Of a DNA stretch of 64,000 nucleotides, positions 19,461 to 29,590 are shown piece by piece. The position numbers and the translations under genes were made by a program. The notes under the pieces are model-generated. The model was given only the letters and a program-made list of their open reading frames with translations, searched no databases and had not been told where the DNA came from. The first letter of the stretch is position 1; each line of letters starts with the position of its first letter. The stretch comes from an uncultured Spirochaetota bacterium (GTDB taxonomy: Bacteria; Spirochaetota; Spirochaetia; SZUA-6; Fen-1364), in contig CAWGAA010000001.1 in assembly GCA_963820525.1 (NCBI GenBank), forward strand, positions 864,001 through 928,000, read 5' to 3'.

Positions 19461-20624
19461 CTATCCGTTCAAGGCGCGATCTACTTTATCGTTTTCAATA
19501 TGGCGCTGATTGAATTCCACCTCGACTCGACGATCAAGGCTCGCCAAAAGCGGGAACCCTTGAAGGATTATTGCGGGACGCTTTTCAACCCGCCGCGCCA
19601 GATAATGGGACACGCTGAAGAAACATATCGCGATCAGCCATGCTGCAACGTTTATAAAAAAGGCGCCTTGTATGAAGTACAGGGTGCTCAGCCCAGCTAC
19701 CGACAGCACTAATTGGAGTCCGCAGAGCAGGGCCAGCGCCTGCCGCGTGGAGAAGCCCATGTCTAGGAGCTTATGGTGGATATGTTCCCGATCCGCAATC
19801 AGGCAGGAGACTCCCCGCCGCATCCTTCGCCATACCGCGGAAAGAACGTCGAGGATGGGGATTGCCATCAGCGAAATCGAAGAGATGGCATTCATCGAAG
19901 ACCTGGAATTGCTCATATCGAGAATTGGGAGGATCCCCAGCATGAACCCTAAAAAGAGGCTCCCCGAGTCTCCCATGAAGATCTTTGCGGGGGGGAAGTT
20001 GAAGACCAGGAAACCAATCAGTCCGCCGAGGAGAGCCAGGGAAATGATGGAGGCCATGGCATTTCCCCGGAGGATGAAGAAAAGCGAGAAGGTCGCCGCA
20101 ATGATGGCGGAAATACCGCCCGCAAAGCCGTCCATCCCATCGATCAGGTTGATGGCATTTGTCATTCCGATCAGCCAAATGAAGGTGATGGGATAGGCCA
20201 TCCAATCCAATGCAAAGTGAAAAGGCGCCACGGGGGCGAGCACCGTCAAGAAGTGAAAGCCTGCCAAGATTACCAGCACGGATGCGCAAACCTCGACCAG
20301 GAGCTTGAGCCGGGCACGCAGGTTCCTGAAGTCGTCAACAATCCCCAGGAAGTGGATCAAGACACCGGCCACGAGAATGGGGATGTATCTACCGCTCCAC
20401 ACAATGGCCGAGGGGGAGCGCTCCACAATGAATGACATCAACAAGAGAGTGAACATGAAAGAGAAGAAGATCCCAATTCCACCCAACCGCGGTATATTGC
20501 CGTTGTGGATCTTCCTGTGATTATTAGAGTCATACCACTCTTTTCTTCTTGCCACATAGAGAATTATAGGAATAATGGCAAGGGTCATTACCAGGGAAAC
20601 GGCTGCAGAAAATACTAATAACAT
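19461..20624 (-). CDS. WecA/TagO-like polyprenyl-phosphate HexNAc-1-phosphate transferase (MraY/GT4 family)
   Basis: PRLGGIGI, GIVDD, NAINLIDGMDG, FMGDSGS and ADREHIHH motifs. Confidence 0.9.
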   Translation of the reverse strand: MLLVFSAAVSLVMTLAIIPIILYVARRKEWYDSNNHRKIHNGNIPRLGGIGIFFSFMFTLLLMSFIVERSPSAIVWSGRYIPILVAGVLIHFLGIVDDFRNLRARLKLLVEVCASVLVILAGFHFLTVLAPVAPFHFALDWMAYPITFIWLIGMTNAINLIDGMDGFAGGISAIIAATFSLFFILRGNAMASIISLALLGGLIGFLVFNFPPAKIFMGDSGSLFLGFMLGILPILDMSNSRSSMNAISSISLMAIPILDVLSAVWRRMRRGVSCLIADREHIHHKLLDMGFSTRQALALLCGLQLVLSVAGLSTLYFIQGAFFINVAAWLIAICFFSVSHYLARRVEKRPAIILQGFPLLASLDRRVEVEFNQRHIENDKVDRALNG

Positions 20625-20741
20625 AATTACACCTTCTCGACTTTTTGAGTCGCCCCCCCCATGCGATTTGGTCTATCGGATACCCGGATTATACCACAGC
20701 TCAACAGAAAGTCAAAGTGCTATGGCAGAGAAAACTTTTCA

Positions 20742-22106
20742 TTATATTCCTTCCCTGAAAAGGACGGTGCGAACCGTCTTGAGGAGGATTCTCAGCTCCA
20801 AGGCGATTGATCGATTCTTGATGTAATAAAGGTCATACTGTATCTTTTTATAGGAGTCAGAATAGGAGGGGGAATGGTACTCTCCACAGATCTGGTCCCA
20901 TCCCGTCAAACCCGGAAGCACACGATTGCGCTCGAAGAAGAAGGGAATCTCATCCGCCAGCTTCTCGGCAAGCTCGGGCCTCTCTGGCCTTGGGCCGATC
21001 CAACTCATTTCTCCCCTCAGAATATTCATGATCTGAGGAAGCTCATCGAGCCTGGTCTTCCTGAGAAAATTTCCCACTCTTGTCACCCTGGCATCGTTCC
21101 GCTCCGCGGGCGCATGATTGTTCCCGTTTACCCGCATTGTCCTGAACTTATAGATGGCGAAGACTTGACGGCCTTTGCCCAAGCGATCCTGACGGAAGAG
21201 CACAGGCCCGGGGCTCTCCAGCTGAATGGCAAGGCAGATGAAAGGCCAAAGCGGGAGGCCGATAACCAGGAGAAAGACGGAAAGCGCAATGTCGAACACG
21301 CGCTTGACGACATCAAAAGCGACATGATTCGTGGGCCCCATGTTCTCACGAAGCCAACTTGTTGAGATCAGATCCAAGGGCAGCTTCTGCATGACGAACT
21401 CATAAAAACTGATTATAGAAAGGAGCTTCGTACCAGATCTTGGGAGATCAGAGCAGCCTATGCCATTGTCAGGCTGCCCATCTCGATCTCCTATCACCAA
21501 GGGGATACCTTTGGCTTCTATATAAGAGATCGCCTCGGATTCTTTTGCTATTCTCCTGAGCTTCGAGTGCTTGCCATTTTCCATGTTCGAGGTAAGCAAA
21601 AAGTCGGGCTTGAATCCGATTTGGGGATTGAGCTCGAGATTCTCAATAATCTCGCTCGCTTCCGGAATATCGACGAGAAAACCGACGGGAACCTGAAACA
21701 TGCCGTGGACAAGGAGCGAGCTCATAAGGGCACGCATTGCCACCCAGACAATTGTAAATATCAACACCCATGAAAGATAAATCATGAAAACGATTTTCCC
21801 GTGCCATAAAGCAAGAAAGAAAGTGAGGAATATGAGAGCATCAATGGTTTTATTTATGACAGACGCTTTTATGAGTCTCTGTCCGAACCTGAGCGCATTC
21901 AGAGTATAGAGGCCGCAAATGTAGCCGCTGAGTAAAAGACCCAGAGCAAGCAAAACCAGTGAAATAGGAGTACCTAGCAGGTCTTGAAGGGGTTCTCTCG
22001 CTGCAGGAATCAGAGCAGCCCATATGCTTCCCGCCACCACAAGTGAGATAAGATCGATAACCAGGATCATTACCTGACGAGAAAGCTTTCTAGCATTAAG
22101 GATCAC
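20742..22106 (-). CDS. Large monotopic phosphoglycosyl transferase (WcaJ/WbaP-like)
   Basis: N-terminal TMs plus KRVFD, KFRTM, LRKTRLDELPQ and GPRPERP. Confidence 0.9.
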   Translation of the reverse strand: MILNARKLSRQVMILVIDLISLVVAGSIWAALIPAAREPLQDLLGTPISLVLLALGLLLSGYICGLYTLNALRFGQRLIKASVINKTIDALIFLTFFLALWHGKIVFMIYLSWVLIFTIVWVAMRALMSSLLVHGMFQVPVGFLVDIPEASEIIENLELNPQIGFKPDFLLTSNMENGKHSKLRRIAKESEAISYIEAKGIPLVIGDRDGQPDNGIGCSDLPRSGTKLLSIISFYEFVMQKLPLDLISTSWLRENMGPTNHVAFDVVKRVFDIALSVFLLVIGLPLWPFICLAIQLESPGPVLFRQDRLGKGRQVFAIYKFRTMRVNGNNHAPAERNDARVTRVGNFLRKTRLDELPQIMNILRGEMSWIGPRPERPELAEKLADEIPFFFERNRVLPGLTGWDQICGEYHSPSYSDSYKKIQYDLYYIKNRSIALELRILLKTVRTVLFREGI

Positions 22107-22259
22107 TTTAGGAAATCTCCTTAGGATGTAATACCTTCTGATCCACGAACAAGCTCACGGCAATTTGGCTCTGCATGATCAGGCGCTTGCGAGTTCTTTT
22201 TCTGCAGAAACTCGTAAAGTGTTCAGAATACTGCAATAATGATTACAGACAATAACACT

Positions 22260-22985
22260 TCAAGGTACTTCCGTCAACCGAAGCTTTGAAGGCCAGTCGG
22301 TTACGTGCCTTCTTATCGTGCGCATACGGCCGCGAGGCTCGTCGGGAACCTTGGGCAGATTCTTGAAGAATCTCAGTACATTAGTGCGGGGATATACCAA
22401 GACCAATGCTGTGAGGAAGATGAGAGCGAAGTACTTCCCTATGCTTTCATTTCTTGCGTACCACACCTCGAGCTCACCCTTGTATGGCGCGATCACCGTG
22501 TCATGGAAGTGATCGCGGTCGCCAAGAACATTGTCGAGCATAGCTTCCTCATCGCGGAAGATGATGGAACCTATGCCTGTCAGGCCCGGTCGCAAGCGAT
22601 CGATCTCGCGCCTGACAATCTCCGAATAAAGCTCGTAATGGCACCTTGCCTGAGGGCGTGGGCCCACAAAGCTCATCTCGCCAATGAAGACGTTTATGAG
22701 TTGGGGGATCTCGTTGATCTTCGTCTTTCTCAAGAAGTGACCAATGGGCAGGATGCGTGGATCATTCTTTTGTGTAAGGAGACCGCCAGGCAGGTTCGGG
22801 CTATTCCTGAGCATCGTCGCGAACTTGAAGACCTTGAAATCCTTGCCGCCGCGACCGACTCGCGGCTGAAGGTAGAATATATAGTGCTCGCCCGTGAGCT
22901 TGAGGCAGACCATGATTGGAACCATGAAGGGAAAGAGGATGAGAATGGATATAAAGGAGAGCATGATATCGAAGAATCGTGTCAC
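22260..22985 (-). CDS. Small sugar transferase (PglC-like fold) with NE in place of the DE dyad
   Basis: KFATM, DPRI, LRKTKINEIPQ, GPRP and PGLTG motifs. Confidence 0.85.
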   Translation of the reverse strand: MTRFFDIMLSFISILILFPFMVPIMVCLKLTGEHYIFYLQPRVGRGGKDFKVFKFATMLRNSPNLPGGLLTQKNDPRILPIGHFLRKTKINEIPQLINVFIGEMSFVGPRPQARCHYELYSEIVRREIDRLRPGLTGIGSIIFRDEEAMLDNVLGDRDHFHDTVIAPYKGELEVWYARNESIGKYFALIFLTALVLVYPRTNVLRFFKNLPKVPDEPRGRMRTIRRHVTDWPSKLRLTEVP

Positions 22986-24188
22986 TCACATCCTCGCATC
23001 AAGGAATTTGCCAGTTTCAAGGTGGTGAAACTCAGGTATTGTCTGGTTGAAAAGCTCTATAAGCTCTCTCCTTGTCCAATGCCCTCTCCGGCGGAGCTCA
23101 AGAATCCGCGTTTCGAAGCTCTCAACGCGTGCCGCGTCGCAGGAAGCCTCCTTCTTGATGATTCCGATGGACTCGAATCGCCCCATATCTAGTTTCTCAC
23201 TCGCGGTGTAGAACTCCTCGAAATCCTTCTCTCCCGTTGTGTCGCTAGCAAAAAAATACACCGGCCACTTCCCCTGCTCTTTCAGCTCACAAACGCGAGT
23301 TCTCGCCTCATCCTCGCTCGCACATTCGAAGGGTTTGTAGCCAAGTCTCTTGAGGTAACGCTCAGCAATTTCAGAGAACGTGATCAGATGAAGCGATTCA
23401 TCAAGCTTTGGGAAAAAGAGATCTCGATTCTGTCCAAGGAGACAAGACAGAAGGCAGAGCTCACCCGATTCTTTCGGCGTCACAAAGTACCGCCGTACAT
23501 CGTTTGGCGCAGACAATGGCTGCTCTTTCTCGATCCGACGATTAAAGCCGTAGAGGAGGCTCCCGTCGGAAAAGGCTACATTTGCAAAACGCGCGGTCGA
23601 CACGGGCAACTCGAGGCTTTGGCGCATGAGGAACATTTCCATGATCCGCTTGCTTGCGCCCATCATATTGACCGGATTTGCCGCCTTGTCGGTTGAGACG
23701 CAAAAGTACTTCCGTGCTCCTTTGCTCTTCGCCTTGCGCATCGTTTTGTCCGTATTGAAGATGTTGACGTCCACCATACGCATGAGAGTGTAAGGGTCTT
23801 TCTCATTCCGGACGTGCTTGAGTGCCGAGAGATTGAGGACATAGTCGTACCCCGAGCCCCCGGCGATGAAAGCATCAAAAATATCGGAGCCTGCATCGAT
23901 GGCGAAGGTTGCAAAATCTCCCTCTATGTATCCGAGGTAGCTCCTCAGGCTGCGTACAAGCTCTACCATGTTGTTCTCCGATATATCGACGACATGGAGG
24001 AGCTTTGGTTTACGGCGAAAAATCTCACATGTTACTGCCTGCCCGATTGATCCCGCGCCACCAATAACGAGAAAACGCCCTCCGGCTATTAGTTCTGAGA
24101 TTTCCTTCTCATGGCGTGAAACGTCCTCGGCGAAGAGCTCGCGATCGCGGCCGATAAGGTCTAGGATTGAATCCATGGCGACTCTCAT
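22986..24188 (-). CDS. UDP-GlcNAc 4,6-dehydratase-like polysaccharide biosynthesis protein (SDR)
   Basis: GGAGSIG, SALKHV, STDKAANPVNMMGASK and RFANVAFSDGS. Confidence 0.88.
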   Translation of the reverse strand: MRVAMDSILDLIGRDRELFAEDVSRHEKEISELIAGGRFLVIGGAGSIGQAVTCEIFRRKPKLLHVVDISENNMVELVRSLRSYLGYIEGDFATFAIDAGSDIFDAFIAGGSGYDYVLNLSALKHVRNEKDPYTLMRMVDVNIFNTDKTMRKAKSKGARKYFCVSTDKAANPVNMMGASKRIMEMFLMRQSLELPVSTARFANVAFSDGSLLYGFNRRIEKEQPLSAPNDVRRYFVTPKESGELCLLSCLLGQNRDLFFPKLDESLHLITFSEIAERYLKRLGYKPFECASEDEARTRVCELKEQGKWPVYFFASDTTGEKDFEEFYTASEKLDMGRFESIGIIKKEASCDAARVESFETRILELRRRGHWTRRELIELFNQTIPEFHHLETGKFLDARM

Positions 24189-25343
24189 CTAGACTTTGGA
24201 CTTCAGAAGTGCCTTATCAAGAGCATCGCACACGAGATCTAGCTCTTCGTCAGTCATAGTAGGGTACAATGGGAGCGTGAGCTCATGTTCGGAAACGTAC
24301 TGGGCAATCGGCGTCGGGCCGACACGGTTCCTATAGGCGGCAAAAGTCTGGATTGCGGGATAGTGTATGCTTGTCTGGATGCCGTCCTCTTTCATCGATT
24401 CTACGACCTTTAGGCGATCAATATGGCCGTCGAGAAGTATCGGCATAATGTGATAGGTTGGCAGACCACGGTTGAAATGCTTGAAAGGAACTGTGATGCC
24501 GCTCATTGCGTCAAGGCGCGAGAAATAACGCATCGTGAGCTCATGGCGTCGCGCATTTGCAGCAGAGAGCTTTTCGAGCTGCACGAGACCCAGTGATGCA
24601 CGCAGCTCGTCGATACGGTAATTGAAGCCCGGTTCGAGGACGTCGTAAGATACCGCCCTGCCTTTGATCCTGTCGAAGCTGTTCGTCGTCATGCCATGGG
24701 AGCGGAGATTCTTGCATTTCTGATGGAAAGCGGGATCCATGCTGGTAACCATGCCACCTTCTCCAACAGCGAGATTTTTGTTCGAGAAGAAACTCCATGC
24801 AGAAAAATCTCCGAAAGTTCCGAGCTTCCGTCCTTTGTATTCGCCACCCGGCGCATGGGCGCAGTCCTCGATCAACTTGAGACCCCTTCTCTTGCAGATG
24901 TTGGCTATTGCATTCATATCGCAGGCATACCCCGCGTAGTGGACTATAAGGACGGCTTTTGTCTTTGGCGTTATTTTGCGTTCAATATCGGCTGGATCCA
25001 TGGCCCAATCGTCTTTCGAAGTGATATCCGCGAGGACTACCTCGCCTCCCGAAACCCGCACCACGTTAAGGTCTGCAATGAAGGTGAGAGAAGGTACGAT
25101 TACCTCGTCACCGCTTCCAACTCCCGCAGCCAGAACGGCTATATGAAGCGCGGCAGTGCCATTCGCCAAAGCGACGCACCTGACCCCCGCACCGAGCGTC
25201 TTTTCATACGCTGCCTCGAAATCGAGCGTTCGCTGTCCCATTGTGAGCCAGCCTGACTTCAGGGTATCAAGGACAGCGTTTGTCTCACGTTCGTCATAAT
25301 TGAGTTTGAATAGCTGTACTTTCCATTTTATGGTGCTAGCCAT
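24189..25343 (-). CDS. DegT/DnrJ/EryC1/StrS PLP-dependent sugar aminotransferase
   Basis: NGTAALH, IEDCAHA and SFFSNKNLAVGEGG. Confidence 0.92.
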   Translation of the reverse strand: MASTIKWKVQLFKLNYDERETNAVLDTLKSGWLTMGQRTLDFEAAYEKTLGAGVRCVALANGTAALHIAVLAAGVGSGDEVIVPSLTFIADLNVVRVSGGEVVLADITSKDDWAMDPADIERKITPKTKAVLIVHYAGYACDMNAIANICKRRGLKLIEDCAHAPGGEYKGRKLGTFGDFSAWSFFSNKNLAVGEGGMVTSMDPAFHQKCKNLRSHGMTTNSFDRIKGRAVSYDVLEPGFNYRIDELRASLGLVQLEKLSAANARRHELTMRYFSRLDAMSGITVPFKHFNRGLPTYHIMPILLDGHIDRLKVVESMKEDGIQTSIHYPAIQTFAAYRNRVGPTPIAQYVSEHELTLPLYPTMTDEELDLVCDALDKALLKSKV

Positions 25344-26454
25344 TTCTTCTCCCAACATCATCAACAGAGAGAATTAAGTCCGCATTCTTGTCAAGAAATT
25401 CTAAAACTCGTTTAGGATTCTTGACATCGGTAGGCAAATTTACGACATGGGCAGCAGAAAAAACCGCGTTAGGATAGAGGGCTGGATCGAAATCCCAGCA
25501 GGAGAGATCTCCTTCAATTGGATGAAGCGGGGAACGAAACCAGTCTCCTAGAGAGATCCTAGCCTTTTGCGCTCTTTGCATGAATTCCGCGCGATCCCAT
25601 ACAAGAAGGGGGTACTTTAAAAAAAGATGATCTTCATGCAGCTCAGGAGCAACGGCGTTTTTCCCTAGCATCTTTAGATGGTTTGTATACATACTACCGT
25701 TTGCTTTGCGTAACGCATTTACGGCTGGCAGTAAATCCAAAGCTCGTATTGCGGCCCGCAGCTGAACTTTCGATATACCCATCAGGTAATTTGGCGGCAT
25801 GTCCGGGCTTAGCAGTTCCTCGCCTGTTGAAGAACCCGGCACAACATTAAGCTTGCTCAAATGGCGATACGTATTTACGAAATGATAGTAGTTTGCGGAA
25901 GTGATCAAAGGCCTGATCCGCATCAGGATCCAAAGCATGCTTTCAGTCCCAAATGAAGGAGACGGTAAAGCCTCGGCAAAATCTTTCACACTCTTTTCAA
26001 GGCTCGAATCGTTCACGAGAACATAACCGCCAACACCTGTTGAAATGGGTTTGTTCCATTGGCTGGAGTAAAAAGCGGCATTACACCAAACACCGTTGGG
26101 CTTGCCTTTATATGTCCCGCTGAAACCGTGCGCGCAATCCTCGATAGTCTTAATCCCCTGTATCCGGCATGCCCTAGAAATCTCATCTACACCGAAAGAA
26201 AGACCATACGTATTCTGGCATATAACAGCTTTCGTCTTAGAGCTAATCGTGTTTAAAACCATTGACGGTCTTGCGGAATATGTCTCAATATCTATGTCGA
26301 CATACCGTGGGAGCGCTCCTGCATATTTTATGGCATTTGGGACAACAACGCATGTATATGCAGGAAGGATTACTTCATCATTTGGTCCCACACCTATTGA
26401 CCGAAGAAGGGCAAAGAGCCCAACGCGTCCTTTGTAGAAGGTAAATACCCTCAT
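25336..26454 (-). CDS. DegT-family PLP-dependent enzyme
   Basis: LPAYTCVVV, IEDCAHG and SSQWNKP. Start set at MRVFTFYKG. Confidence 0.82.
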   Translation of the reverse strand: MRVFTFYKGRVGLFALLRSIGVGPNDEVILPAYTCVVVPNAIKYAGALPRYVDIDIETYSARPSMVLNTISSKTKAVICQNTYGLSFGVDEISRACRIQGIKTIEDCAHGFSGTYKGKPNGVWCNAAFYSSQWNKPISTGVGGYVLVNDSSLEKSVKDFAEALPSPSFGTESMLWILMRIRPLITSANYYHFVNTYRHLSKLNVVPGSSTGEELLSPDMPPNYLMGISKVQLRAAIRALDLLPAVNALRKANGSMYTNHLKMLGKNAVAPELHEDHLFLKYPLLVWDRAEFMQRAQKARISLGDWFRSPLHPIEGDLSCWDFDPALYPNAVFSAAHVVNLPTDVKNPKRVLEFLDKNADLILSVDDVGRRNG

Positions 26455-26651
26455 AGAAACTTCGCCCATGAATCTGTTCAACTTTGAGTTAAATTCCGAC
26501 TGTAGTTTATTGAATAAAATCTTTCTCTTAGCCGTGATTTTCGATCTTCTGATTCGCATAGAACGCCAACTCACAAAATCGATAAATTGTTGATAATCTT
26601 GCTGCATTAGCAAGAACTGAAATCTCGAGAGATATAACAAGCTCAACGCAG

Positions 26652-27281
26652 TTATGAGTACCAGAAATCTTCTGGTTTGCTCTTCAATACCCCAACAGTG
26701 ATAAGTAAAAGCCGCACATCTAGCAAGAATGAGCACCGATTGAAGTAGTCTAAATTGATACGAACCTTATCTGGGAATACGACCTCGTCGTTGTATTTTT
26801 TCGGGTCCGCTTGTGCTGCCAGAAGCTCCTCTTCGCTTCTATATTTTAATGTAGCTGGTCCAGTAATGCCGGGCCTTAGGTTCAGGAGTTTTCGATCCTC
26901 TTCGGCTAGCTGATCCATGTAGCCGGAGACATCCGGACGAGGACCGACGAAACTCATCTCACCTTTCATTACGTTCCATAACTGTGGCAATTCGTCAAGT
27001 TTCCAACGTCGAAGATATTTCCCTAATGGAGTTATTCTTCGATCCCCGCGTACCGTGATGCTGGAATCCTTTAGCTGTCGATTAAACATAGTTCTAAATT
27101 TTATTACCTTAAATAATGTACCGTTTCTTCCCACCCTATTCTGAACGAAGAATATTGGAGAGCCCGCAGTTAGACGATTAATTAGCGCAATGAGCGCCAT
27201 TGGACCCAGTGTCATTATCAGCAAGGCAAAGGAAAACATTAGATCGAATCCGCGTTTCAACCCATCGCGATAAAAGCTCAT
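26652..27281 (-). CDS. Small phosphoglycosyl transferase (bacterial sugar transferase)
   Basis: KRGFD, KFRTM, LRRWKLDELPQ, GPRPD and PGITG. Confidence 0.9.
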   Translation of the reverse strand: MSFYRDGLKRGFDLMFSFALLIMTLGPMALIALINRLTAGSPIFFVQNRVGRNGTLFKVIKFRTMFNRQLKDSSITVRGDRRITPLGKYLRRWKLDELPQLWNVMKGEMSFVGPRPDVSGYMDQLAEEDRKLLNLRPGITGPATLKYRSEEELLAAQADPKKYNDEVVFPDKVRINLDYFNRCSFLLDVRLLLITVGVLKSKPEDFWYS

Positions 27282-27315
27282 ATGTCATTCCCTCAAGGCA
27301 TTAATAAACAACCTC

Positions 27316-28425
27316 TCAGGATAAGTATTCAGGAAAAAAATCTGCTCGTGGAGACCAGACTTCTCCTTGCTGCTTCTCGTATTCCGCACGCTGAAGACAT
27401 AAGGATCGATACCGATCCTCGTCGTATACAATTCTTCGAACATAAAAGGGCAAAATACTTTCTGGATCGAATGATGCTTTATATTTAAAGATACCGTCAT
27501 CCGGTTTCACTCCGCCACCCAAAACATACCATTTGTAGCCTTGTGAAGCGCCCCACAATATCATTTCATGCTTAAGCAAGTCATTGGGACGCATATTGTA
27601 TGCATGATCGAGCGTCCCTCCTAGGAAAGAATAAAGACAATCAGCAGATAGAAGCAGCAGCTCGGTGGACACTATTTCGCTGCCGGAGAAAATGTGCGCA
27701 AATATCATACCTTCATCTCGTCCCAAGCTATCAATGAGCGCAACAAACCTTTCTTTTGGGATGAAAAACGATGGAGCTGCTCCTGTACGCTTCATCGTCG
27801 AATAATAGACCGATAGAAAACCATCTAGCATAGATCCATCTCGATCCAATTCTATTCGCAGTTTTTCTTCTCGAGCTCGATTAACATTTTTCCTTACCTT
27901 TTGTTTATAGCCCCGCCAGATATTCTCCTCGGAGCGATCAAGTCGCACCACGACGTTTAGCTGCTGCAGGAATCTCTGACCGATATCCCTTTGCACGAGG
28001 CGGGCATCGAACACATCTTCACGGATAAACTCGGACACACATCCCCTACGCGACAGCTCATCGGTCATCAATAGAGCAAATCCGGCTGCGGCTGCGTCGC
28101 GAAGCGATTCATCGCCTTCGAATATTGCGCCGCCGTATCCGTATGGCGAAACTAAATGGATCAACGGCGATTCATATTTCGAAAAGGCCGGATTGCTCCT
28201 CAATTCGCACCAGCAAAACGCATAATATACGAGACTATTCGGCGAATGACGATAAACTGCCACCGCCGGCCTATAGCCTGCGGGGAGCATGAAAAACAAG
28301 AAATCAGGGTGATCGTGAGGCCGTCGCGATTTGAGCCCTCTCCAAATCTCGCGACAAGCTTCTAGATTTTCTTGGTCGCCCAAGTCGTACCACCGAAAGC
28401 TGTGGAAAAACGTAATCTCAGCCAT
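27316..28425 (-). CDS. FemAB-like GNAT-fold acyl/aminoacyl transferase
   Basis: SPYGYGG, RKNVNRA, FLGGT..RPNDLLK and LGGG....DGIFKYKASF. Confidence 0.8.
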   Translation of the reverse strand: MAEITFFHSFRWYDLGDQENLEACREIWRGLKSRRPHDHPDFLFFMLPAGYRPAVAVYRHSPNSLVYYAFCWCELRSNPAFSKYESPLIHLVSPYGYGGAIFEGDESLRDAAAAGFALLMTDELSRRGCVSEFIREDVFDARLVQRDIGQRFLQQLNVVVRLDRSEENIWRGYKQKVRKNVNRAREEKLRIELDRDGSMLDGFLSVYYSTMKRTGAAPSFFIPKERFVALIDSLGRDEGMIFAHIFSGSEIVSTELLLLSADCLYSFLGGTLDHAYNMRPNDLLKHEMILWGASQGYKWYVLGGGVKPDDGIFKYKASFDPESILPFYVRRIVYDEDRYRSLCLQRAEYEKQQGEVWSPRADFFPEYLS

Positions 28426-29374
28426 CGATTTTCTTGTCCTCGGTTATTAGAGTTCCTACAGTATCAGCCAGAACATCGACCAAATTTAGCATGTCCTGAG
28501 GATTTGCATCTTGATGCACAGGCAAATTCATTATGTGCCGAGAAATATCGAAAGAAATCGGGAAATCAACTCTAGATAGCTGCTCGATCATCGTGTGATA
28601 TAAGCTGACAACGCCGAATCCCGCATGATTCATCTTCTCGTATAATCGGTTGCGCGAGACCCCGCTTATCCACACAGGATAGGTTTGTGGCACTTCTCCC
28701 GGTTTCAAGATAGGGTGGAAAGAAGCGACTCCCTTTATACGGTCCTTCAGCGCAATTGCCAGTGTTTTGGCATTTTCAATCCGACTATTTGCGATTCGTG
28801 CGAAATCATATTCAAAGCAGTCCCGCCATTCTTCATTTCCAAACTGGGCCAAATCCACAATCCCCTCGCTAGAATTGATGCAAAGGATTCCTCCCCGATC
28901 ACGGGGGAGCATCTTATGTAATGAGAAAATTGCAGCATCACCAAGATGGCCGGAGATACCGCCCACCATATCAGTAAACAAAGCATGCGCTTCATCCTCA
29001 ATGACTTTCATACCTCGCGCATGTGCCATTCGAACGACCTCTTCGTAGAAAGGGTCTACAAATCCGAAATAATGAATGACTACAAGCAACTTGAACCCGC
29101 CATAGGTAAGCAGGTTTTCAAAGTACGTTACATCGATGCTTAAATCGCTTTCCAGTCGGTAAAAGACGGCAGACAGCCCCATCGCCGCAACAGGATCAAA
29201 AACGCCGGAACCTTCTCTCGAAGACCACCCTATATATGCCGGTAATAAGATTCTATCTCCACGCTCAATTCCCAGAGCTTCCATATACGATCTAAACGCG
29301 CTCCTTGCATTGGAGTAATAGAAGTATCTCCGCTTAAAAGCGTTAGGGTTTTTCGCGAGTTTTTCTATCTTCAT
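28418..29374 (-). CDS. Short DegT-like PLP-dependent protein
   Basis: LLPAYIG, VIHYFG, IEDEAHA and FSLHKMLP. Confidence 0.78.
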   Translation of the reverse strand: MKIEKLAKNPNAFKRRYFYYSNARSAFRSYMEALGIERGDRILLPAYIGWSSREGSGVFDPVAAMGLSAVFYRLESDLSIDVTYFENLLTYGGFKLLVVIHYFGFVDPFYEEVVRMAHARGMKVIEDEAHALFTDMVGGISGHLGDAAIFSLHKMLPRDRGGILCINSSEGIVDLAQFGNEEWRDCFEYDFARIANSRIENAKTLAIALKDRIKGVASFHPILKPGEVPQTYPVWISGVSRNRLYEKMNHAGFGVVSLYHTMIEQLSRVDFPISFDISRHIMNLPVHQDANPQDMLNLVDVLADTVGTLITEDKKIDG

Positions 29375-29590
29375 CTAGCAATTCCACTAAACGATAAGAA
29401 TCTGAGTGCATCGCCACCAGGACGGCTTTCAGAAGGGTTTTCGGATGGAACGGTGGTCGCTCGTCGTCGAATCCCTCTTTATGCGTTTCTATTAATAGCA
29501 TCTGTTATCTATTCGTGAAAGGTAGAGTATGCATGCCAAAGGATCTTTCAATATGTTCGCGAGGTATTACACTTGGCGATTTTGGCCGAA

